Positions 1-6,900 of a stretch of 64,000 nt of DNA are shown piece by piece (position 1 is the first letter of the stretch; the number at the start of each line of letters is the position of its first letter). Origin of the DNA: Thermoplasmatota archaeon (GTDB taxonomy: Archaea; Thermoplasmatota; Penumbrarchaeia; Penumbrarchaeales; Penumbrarchaeaceae); contig JAFGLL010000051.1 of NCBI GenBank assembly GCA_016928095.1, forward strand, positions 11,779 through 75,778. Direction: 5' to 3'. The notes under the pieces were generated by a model that worked only from the letters and a program-made list of their open reading frames with translations, had not been told where the DNA came from and searched no databases. The translations under genes were made by a program, and so were the position numbers.

Positions 1-1030
1 AATATGCTACGGTGGGTGGCTCATCGCCGATGATCACAGGTACGATCGGTGTATCGCTTGCACCGGTGTCGAACCCGAGCTTGTGAAGGCCGTCCTTAAG
101 ATAATTCGCGTTCTTCCATAGATTATCCTTGTGCTCGGGTTCATCCATCAATATCTGAAGGGCTTTCATTGCCGTAGCAACGTTGGATGGAGGCGGCGCC
201 GCTGAGAACATGAGGGATCTTGCAGCATGCTTGATATCGAATATCAGGTCCTCCCGTCCGACGATGAAACCTCCCATGGAGGCCAATGATTTCGAGAAGG
301 TACCCATTGTGATATCCACATCAAGTCCGAAATGGGCTGCGGTCCCACTTCCGTGGGGACCGATGACACCTATACCGTGAGCGTCATCGACCATGATCAT
401 GATATCGTTCTCCCTGCATATCCGATGGATGTCTGGAAGCTTGACGATATCACCTTCCATGGAGAATACACCGTCAGTTACCTCAAGTGCACCGATGCTC
501 TCGGGTATCTCCCCGACCACATCCTTGAGGGAACACATATCATTATGTGCATAGACGATCACCCTTGCCCTTGACATCCTTGCCCCATCTACGATGGAAG
601 CATGATTGTACTGGTCCGAGATGATGTAATCATCCTTTCCGGCGAGGGCATATATGGTTCCCAGATTGGTCTGATAACCTGTCGAGAACATGAGTGCTGC
701 CTCGGCACCCATGAAATCTGCTATGAGTTCCTCCATTTCCAGATGGATGTCCAGGGTTCCGTTGAGATATCTGGACCCTGTGCAACCCACACCAAACTTG
801 TCGATAGCGTCCTTGGCAGCTTTCTTCACTTCTGGATGTTCGGTGAGACCAAGATAGTTGTTTGAACCCAGCATCACGGTATCCTTTCCGTTCATTTTCA
901 CCCTGTGCCCCTGCTCACCGGTGACCGGTATGAAATATGGATAGAGACCTATCTCCATTGCTGATTCTATGATACGTCTGGAAAAAGGCAACCTATTCCC
1001 CTTGAGGATCCTTTTATTTCCCATATCCAT
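1..1030 (-). CDS. PLP-dependent alpha-oxoamine synthase, serine palmitoyltransferase-like (3' end truncated by window edge; absent from ORF track)
   Basis: Manual translation of the reverse strand: MDMGNKR..GLYPYF..MLGSNNYLGLT..GVGCTGSRYLNGTLDIH..STGYQTNLG..NHASI..DGVFSMEGD..DDAHGIG..GTFSKSLASMGGF. AGGTG SD at 1031-1035; ATG at 1030 or 1024. Frame is open to the window edge. Confidence 0.9.
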   Translation of the reverse strand, partial: MDMGNKRILKGNRLPFSRRIIESAMEIGLYPYFIPVTGEQGHRVKMNGKDTVMLGSNNYLGLTEHPEVKKAAKDAIDKFGVGCTGSRYLNGTLDIHLEMEELIADFMGAEAALMFSTGYQTNLGTIYALAGKDDYIISDQYNHASIVDGARMSRARVIVYAHNDMCSLKDVVGEIPESIGALEVTDGVFSMEGDIVKLPDIHRICRENDIMIMVDDAHGIGVIGPHGSGTAAHFGLDVDITMGTFSKSLASMGGFIVGREDLIFDIKHAARSLMFSAAPPPSNVATAMKALQILMDEPEHKDNLWKNANYLKDGLHKLGFDTGASDTPIVPVIIGDEPPTVAY

Positions 1031-1132
1031 CACCTATATCTGGAATCATAGCAGGTATTTAAAACACCTTGAGATAGTCATACATCATTTGCTCATCCCT
1101 ATCTCCCTGGCTTAAGATCGATAAAAGGAATA

Positions 1133-1208
1133 TGGCGCCCCGAACGGAATTTGAATCCGTGTCCTCGGTTCGACAGACCGAGATGATGGACCGCTACACC
1201 ATCGGGGC
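1133..1208 (-). tRNA. tRNA-Asp(GTC), CCA encoded
   Basis: Reverse complement GCCCCGATGGTGTAGCGGTCCATCATCTCGGTCTGTCGAACCGAGGACACGGATTCAAATTCCGTTCGGGGCGCCA; acceptor stem GCCCCGA/TCGGGGC; anticodon loop CTGTCGA. Confidence 0.95.
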
Positions 1209-1367
1209 GTATTTCGGCTAAGCGGTTAATCAGGATATAATATTAATTGGTTTCCATGGTCCAACAGTCTCCACCCCCAACAATGAGAAACTCTGTCATG
1301 ATCATCTTTCTGTGATATCTTTCCCCCAACACAAACGGTTTAATCCCTCCTTTCGGTTATACTGTTC

Positions 1368-3350
1368 ATGTTGTATTCCGACCTTTGCTCGTTCTATGGA
1401 AGGATAGAGGAACTCAGCGGAAGGTTGGAAATGACCGACCAGCTCGTTGAACTCTACCGTATAACCCCTCTTGAACTGATAGAGACCGTCGTACGGCTTA
1501 CCAAGGGAGAGATACGACCGGGATATGAGGGTCTGGAGATGGGGGTCGCCGAGAAGCTGGTGCTCAAGGCCTTGTATATGGTGACGATGCTTCCGGTGGA
1601 GGAGATCGAGGAGGAACGGGTCAGAAAAGGTGATATTGGAAGTGCAGCGGAGATATTGGTCGGCAAGAAGAGACAGACATCGCTGTTCCATGAACCTCTC
1701 ACGGTCACAAGGGTGTTCACCAGTCTGACAAGGATAGCCTCCGTAGAGGGGCGCTCCTCCCAGGACCTTAAATTGAAGTTGATCGCAGAGCTGCTCCACG
1801 ATTCGACCCCAATGGAAGCCAAATACCTGACAAGGACCGTATGTCAGAAGATGAGGTTAGGCATCGCCGACATGACCCAGATAGATGCACTCTCATATCA
1901 TAACACCCCGGGGATCGACGAACTCGGCGATTTTTTGGTCCATAACGGTCTTCCCCTCGACGATGGACTCGTTCAAGCTGTAAGAAAGCATCTGGCGACC
2001 GCAATGAGCACACTTGCAGAAACCAGGACCCTTATAAAGGAAAAAGGTATGGAAAAGGATGTTGTACGATCAATGACCGAAAGGGTCCAGAAGATCAGGT
2101 CGGTCGTTCAGGAGAACCGTGAGACCATCGTTAGAGCATACAACATCCATCCGGACCTGGGTTACATAGCATCGCTCCTGGCGAGTGGTGGGATAGGTAA
2201 TATGGGACATATCAATGTGACCCCGGGGATCCCTCTGAGAGCAATGCTCGGGGAGAGGTTACCATCCATCTCAGGGATCATGGAAAAGATGGGGGGCAAG
2301 GTAGCGTTGGAATACAAGTACGACGGTCTGAGGGTGCAGGCCCATATCACAGATATGGGGAAGAACGTTATACTCTTCTCGAGGCAGCTTGAGAACATCA
2401 CGGACCAGTTCCCGGATGTTGCCGGATACCTGGGATCGATGTTCAAAGGGCAGGACTGTATCCTTGAGGGTGAATGTGTTCCGGTGGAATCTGGAACCGG
2501 GAGAATGCTTCCATTCCAGGTCATCTCACAGAGGAGAGGCCGAAAATATGATCTTGAGGACAAGATCGAGGAGGTCCCGGTGATACTGGTCCTTTTTGAC
2601 TGTCTCTATCTGAACGGGAGCGAATACATAGGGAAACCATATCTGGAAAGAAGGGATGCGATCCGTCAAGCGATACCGGACCTTTCCGAGAGAATGGACA
2701 CAGGATCTGGTCTGGCCCTTTCGAGAATGGAAATAATGACAGATGCGGATGAGGGGGAGAATTTCTTCTTGGTGGCTCTTGATGATGGGTGTGAGGGAGT
2801 TATGGCCAAATCTGTAGGGGAGGGTTCGATATATCAGGCGGGGAACAGGGGATGGTTATGGATAAAATACAAAAAGGACTATCATTCAGAACTGATGGAC
2901 ACGATGGACCTTGTGATCATCGGAGCGTATCACGGAAGCGGAAGAAGAGGGGGTACCTTCGGTGCATTCCTGATGGCAGCATATGATAGTGATGATGACG
3001 TATTCAGGACGATCTGCAAACTGGGAAGCGGTTTCAACGATCGGCATCTTGAGGAACTGCCAGCTCTTCTCACGGAGCTTCAGGTCCCGGGGGGCCAAAA
3101 TCCCAAGGTGGATACCAGAATGGAGCCGGATGTATACATAATACCATCCATTGTCCTGGAGGTGAAAGCGGCCGAGATCACTTTCTCCCCGGTCCATACA
3201 TGTGCCTGGGGATATTTGAAGGACAATGCGGGACTTGCTCTCAGGTTCCCGAGGTTCACAGGGAGGATCAGGGATGACAAGGGCCCATATGACGCGACAA
3301 CCGTTCGTGAGGTAATAGGACTTTACGGGCAGCAGATCAAGTCATTATGA
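1368..3350 (+). CDS. lig: ATP-dependent DNA ligase (archaeal LigI type)
   Basis: Adenylation motif EYKYDG; ILEGE, EGVMAK, WIKYKKDY, DLVIIGA and LRFPRF motifs; N-terminal DNA-binding domain. Confidence 0.97.
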   Translation: MLYSDLCSFYGRIEELSGRLEMTDQLVELYRITPLELIETVVRLTKGEIRPGYEGLEMGVAEKLVLKALYMVTMLPVEEIEEERVRKGDIGSAAEILVGKKRQTSLFHEPLTVTRVFTSLTRIASVEGRSSQDLKLKLIAELLHDSTPMEAKYLTRTVCQKMRLGIADMTQIDALSYHNTPGIDELGDFLVHNGLPLDDGLVQAVRKHLATAMSTLAETRTLIKEKGMEKDVVRSMTERVQKIRSVVQENRETIVRAYNIHPDLGYIASLLASGGIGNMGHINVTPGIPLRAMLGERLPSISGIMEKMGGKVALEYKYDGLRVQAHITDMGKNVILFSRQLENITDQFPDVAGYLGSMFKGQDCILEGECVPVESGTGRMLPFQVISQRRGRKYDLEDKIEEVPVILVLFDCLYLNGSEYIGKPYLERRDAIRQAIPDLSERMDTGSGLALSRMEIMTDADEGENFFLVALDDGCEGVMAKSVGEGSIYQAGNRGWLWIKYKKDYHSELMDTMDLVIIGAYHGSGRRGGTFGAFLMAAYDSDDDVFRTICKLGSGFNDRHLEELPALLTELQVPGGQNPKVDTRMEPDVYIIPSIVLEVKAAEITFSPVHTCAWGYLKDNAGLALRFPRFTGRIRDDKGPYDATTVREVIGLYGQQIKSL

Positions 3351-3357
3351 ACCTGCC

Positions 3358-4596
3358 TTACACTATGTTCCTCATCATGGGTAAGAACCTTGGTATCAGC
3401 TTCAGGAGCGAAGGCTCTTTCCTTATTAGAAGCAGAGCGAGCCTCAACGGGTGATCTATATCACCTTCCCTGTTGATGATCTCCATCAGTTCAGGGTCCG
3501 AAAGTCTTTTAACCACCTCCTCAACCTCTTCGTCCTTGACCTGACTGATCAATTTCCTGAAGAAACGAGACCTTGACAGTTCCTTACCGTAACCGGACAA
3601 CCATGAGGACCGGAACAACTCGAGGGCATCTGGAGAGATGTCACAGGCCTTGTCCACGGAACGAACAAGGTCGTTCACCGCAAGCAATCCTGGATATATG
3701 CCTCCCCCGGATGTGGGTTTTGCCATTCCAGCTGAATCACCGAGAATGAGAGCATTACCGGAGATTATCGTTCGGGGGGAACCCATGGGAACGATACCAA
3801 TGTTGAAGGATATCTCACTTGTATGAGCGGTTCTATCACCATCGAGCCCCAACCATTCCGCAAGTCTAGCATCGTGGGGGAGGTTGGTCCAGCCTTTTCT
3901 CAGTGAATTTCCGTCCTCTGCTGCAAGACCGATCCTCATGGATGTTCTTGTCCCGGCCGGAACAGCCCATGCGAAGAAGCCTTTCGCAGTCTCTTCCCCT
4001 GTGAAGACAGCAACAATGTCATCCGGAACGGACCCTTCATCTATCTCGACCTGAAATGCAGCTCCTGGTATGATGCTGAAAGGTTTCTCGAGACCCAGGT
4101 ATCTTCTAATGGAAGAAGAAGCTCCGTCACAACCTATGAGAATCCTGGTCTTGATAATGCCCTCCCCTGAAAGGCCCCTAAAATTGACATCGAATCCTCC
4201 ATCGTTCCTCCTATCTATGCCAATGGCCTTGACGGATAGGAGTGTTTCGGTCCCTGCATCGGCGGCATTCTTCAGAAGGACCTTGTCGAACCTTGCCCGG
4301 TCCATGGATATGGCCTTTACCTTATTTGCCCTCAGGTTCAGGTATTTTCCTCCAGGTGAGTAGATGTCCGCTCCCGTGATATCGTTAAGTCTAACCCTAT
4401 CGATCACTTTATCCAGCTCAGGAAGGTCGAACATTGACCGGTTGACCAAACCGGCGCATTGTTCGGGTCGGCCAACTTCGGGATGCTCCTCGAGAAGCCC
4501 GACGGAGAAACCCTTTTTCGACAGCATCCATGCGGTATAACAACCAATAGGACCTGCACCTATGATGGTTATATCCGTCCTTTCAGGTACTCTCAA
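3358..4596 (-). CDS. Geranylgeranyl reductase family FAD-dependent oxidoreductase (probable digeranylgeranylglycerophospholipid reductase)
   Basis: GAGPIG Rossmann motif; EEHPEVGRPEQCAG; DRARFDKVL; IGCDGASS; GFFAWAVP; GDSAGMAKPTSGGGI. Confidence 0.88.
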   Translation of the reverse strand: MRVPERTDITIIGAGPIGCYTAWMLSKKGFSVGLLEEHPEVGRPEQCAGLVNRSMFDLPELDKVIDRVRLNDITGADIYSPGGKYLNLRANKVKAISMDRARFDKVLLKNAADAGTETLLSVKAIGIDRRNDGGFDVNFRGLSGEGIIKTRILIGCDGASSSIRRYLGLEKPFSIIPGAAFQVEIDEGSVPDDIVAVFTGEETAKGFFAWAVPAGTRTSMRIGLAAEDGNSLRKGWTNLPHDARLAEWLGLDGDRTAHTSEISFNIGIVPMGSPRTIISGNALILGDSAGMAKPTSGGGIYPGLLAVNDLVRSVDKACDISPDALELFRSSWLSGYGKELSRSRFFRKLISQVKDEEVEEVVKRLSDPELMEIINREGDIDHPLRLALLLIRKEPSLLKLIPRFLPMMRNIV

Positions 4597-4684
4597 TGCA
4601 TCAGACCTCTAACGTCCATGCATGGATCCTTAAAAAAACATTCCCCCGCCCAAAGGTAAATATCAAAACCGCAATGGTCCCTGT

Positions 4685-6226
4685 ATGTATCCCGTGGATG
4701 GTATGATCCCTGATGATGATGGGTTGTTGTTCGTTAACGGATCGGTATGGGATAGCAGTGAGTTGCGGTTCAGAAAGGGTGAGCTCCTCCTTAGGGGTGG
4801 AATGATAGAGAACCTGTCCTTCGCCGGGAGCATACCATCCTTCGAAAGGTCACGAGCGAAGATGTTCGACCTTGAGGGTGGTTTCCTCTGTCCGGCCTTC
4901 ATTGACGCGCACATGCATCTTCTCCAATGGTCCATTACCCGATCCGGTGTTGACCTATCCATGTGTAATTCGGTCGATGACGTATCGGGTAAGATATCGA
5001 ACGTTGTCGAAGGAAGAGAAAAGAACTTTCTTTACGACAGGACCGGTATCGTTTTCGGAACCGGCTATGATGATTCCCGGTTCCAGGAGGGTAGGCTCGA
5101 TAACGGGTATTTTCTTGAAAAAGAGTTTGGCTGGGTCCCCACGATCATAAGAAGGGTGTGCGGCCATATAGCACTGGCAAATTCAGAGGGAATAGGGAGG
5201 CTCGGTCTGGAACAAGGAGATATGGGCCATTCCCCTATCATGGAAGATATTGCCATGAACCTGCCATGGAGACTGCCGATAGATCTCCCAACGCTTTCGG
5301 ACCTTTTAAGAAACGCCATTGATGCGTCCTATTCTGTAGGGGTCATTGGAGGTGTGGACATCGTTCCATTGTCCCATTTTGAAAGGATGATAGAGGCAAT
5401 CTCACGCACAAGTCGGACACTGGTCATGACATATGCAATGATAAGGGATGATGACAGAGACCTTGAAGGGGTGGTCCCGTTGTCATCCCGGAACGGAGTG
5501 CTTTCATCGGAAGTGAATGATGATAAGATGGTTCCCTTCGCCTTCGAAAAGTTCTTCTTGGACGGTTCAATAGGAGCAAGGACGGCAAGCTTTTCCGTGG
5601 ATTATACTGACTCACCCTCCTTCCCTCTTGTCCATGAGGATAATGAACTCAAAAAAAGGGTAACCTTAAGTTACGATCAGGGCATGGTCCCGATGGTTCA
5701 CTGCATAGGTGACAGGGCGATCTCGCAAGGTGTGGGCATCCTACGATCGTTCGGATCACCATACAGGTTGGAGCATGCCGAATCCATCGAAATTTCACAT
5801 CTCGCATCGATGAGTAAAGGAAAAGGGGCCTTATGCCTGCAACCGAACTTTCAATTTCTATGGGGTGGAAATGACGGCCTTTACGAGAGAGCACTCGGAC
5901 ATCATGCAAAATGCCTGAATCCTTTCAGATCGGTAGTAGATTCTAAAGTACAATGGTGTTTCGGTACCGATATGATGCCTCCCGGACCTTTGTTCGCGAT
6001 GAAGGGAGGTCTTGAACATCGGGACCCAAGGCAGAGGTTGAGCTTGAATGAAATGATAAAGGGATTCACCATCAATTCTGCTAGGATATCCCTGCAAGAC
6101 GATCATTACTGTCCAGAACTTATTGTGGGTTCCTCACCGGATATGATAGTGATCGACCGGGAGATGATGAGGGTAAATGCAACCATGGTCAAAGGTCAGA
6201 TCGTCCATGTGATAACCCAGACATGA
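4685..6226 (+). CDS. Metal-dependent amidohydrolase (YtcJ / amidohydro_3-like)
   Basis: PAFIDAHMH; RVCGH; KFFLDGSIGARTA; HCIGDRA; RLEHAE; FGTD. Confidence 0.9.
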   Translation: MYPVDGMIPDDDGLLFVNGSVWDSSELRFRKGELLLRGGMIENLSFAGSIPSFERSRAKMFDLEGGFLCPAFIDAHMHLLQWSITRSGVDLSMCNSVDDVSGKISNVVEGREKNFLYDRTGIVFGTGYDDSRFQEGRLDNGYFLEKEFGWVPTIIRRVCGHIALANSEGIGRLGLEQGDMGHSPIMEDIAMNLPWRLPIDLPTLSDLLRNAIDASYSVGVIGGVDIVPLSHFERMIEAISRTSRTLVMTYAMIRDDDRDLEGVVPLSSRNGVLSSEVNDDKMVPFAFEKFFLDGSIGARTASFSVDYTDSPSFPLVHEDNELKKRVTLSYDQGMVPMVHCIGDRAISQGVGILRSFGSPYRLEHAESIEISHLASMSKGKGALCLQPNFQFLWGGNDGLYERALGHHAKCLNPFRSVVDSKVQWCFGTDMMPPGPLFAMKGGLEHRDPRQRLSLNEMIKGFTINSARISLQDDHYCPELIVGSSPDMIVIDREMMRVNATMVKGQIVHVITQT

Positions 6227-6288
6227 TTACCGGCTCCAGTTTCATTACTAAGTAAGCTTTAAATAATAGTTCAATTATTTTTCAAATC

Positions 6289-6300
6289 TTTATATATATA
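6289..6300 (+). promoter_or_regulatory. Archaeal TATA-box-like element (TTTATATATATA) in an AT-rich patch upstream of the structured intergenic region
   Basis: AT-rich run 6241-6302 ending in TTTATATATATA; no plausible CDS follows for ~600 nt. Confidence 0.55.
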
Positions 6301-6319
6301 TTTCTCGGGGTCTTCGTGG

Positions 6320-6800
6320 TAGTGATAGAACTGAATTACGACGAACGAGCTAGGACCGGGGAAAACCCCTTGAAACGATCATCCATTACACACCTTGAAC
6401 CCCAAAACAACCCCAATTCCGGAGCTCATGGAAGTGATGCCCGTGCTTTCGTGCGCGATATAGTTGCTTCCACTCATTTCCTTAAGACCGGAAATGAACT
6501 GGGCTCCGGAACCCCTCTCGATATAAGGAGTTTCTCGGACCAGAAGGCGCAGGCTGTCAGAATAAGCGACTACAGCTTTCCAACCTTCGTGATACGGAAA
6601 CCAAGGCAACGTAGTTCGTATAGCGAAAAAGGAGAGGGGGGGATGAGCTCCCCCTCTCCAGGCGATCATGCTCATATATAAAACCTCTATTAGGAATCTG
6701 AAACCCCGGTTGTGCCGTCGAATTTTCCCCGTGGCACAACCACTCTTCCTTTCACTCGAGATGGGAGTCCCGGACCTCACCTCTTGCATGAGGTCCGATC
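6320..6800. ncRNA. Candidate structured non-coding RNA (unassigned family)
   Basis: 12-bp helix 6417-6428/6500-6511 encloses two hairpins (6429-6472, 6474-6497); further stems at 6631-6642/6648-6659, 6708-6716/6733-6741 and 6771-6779/6789-6797; only non-protein-like ORFs overlap. Confidence 0.5.
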
Positions 6801-6900
6801 AGTCAAGGCTGGGCGGAAAAAATGCTTATGAAAGGGAAATCATTATTAACTAAAGATCGCATCGAACATATGTACATTAAGGTATAGTAGGAGACCAAAA

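Noticed and set aside
1905-2120. Intein in the ligase (also checked in MCM)
   Set aside because: No Cys/Ser N-terminus or His-Asn C-terminus around the ligase insert; MCM motifs are contiguous at normal length
6316-6789. ORFs 6316-6681 (+), 6379-6789 (-) and 6557-6739 (-)
   Set aside because: Non-ATG starts, no SD, no recognisable motifs, and they overlap a region better explained by RNA helices
6302-6850. RNase P RNA, SRP RNA or a known riboswitch as the identity of the structured region
   Set aside because: No GAGGAAAGUCC/ACAGAA P4 pair with matching complementarity (the minus-strand GAGAAACTCC has no partner), no SRP helix-8 motif, and no recognisable c-di-AMP, cobalamin or fluoride consensus by eye; an Rfam scan is still needed
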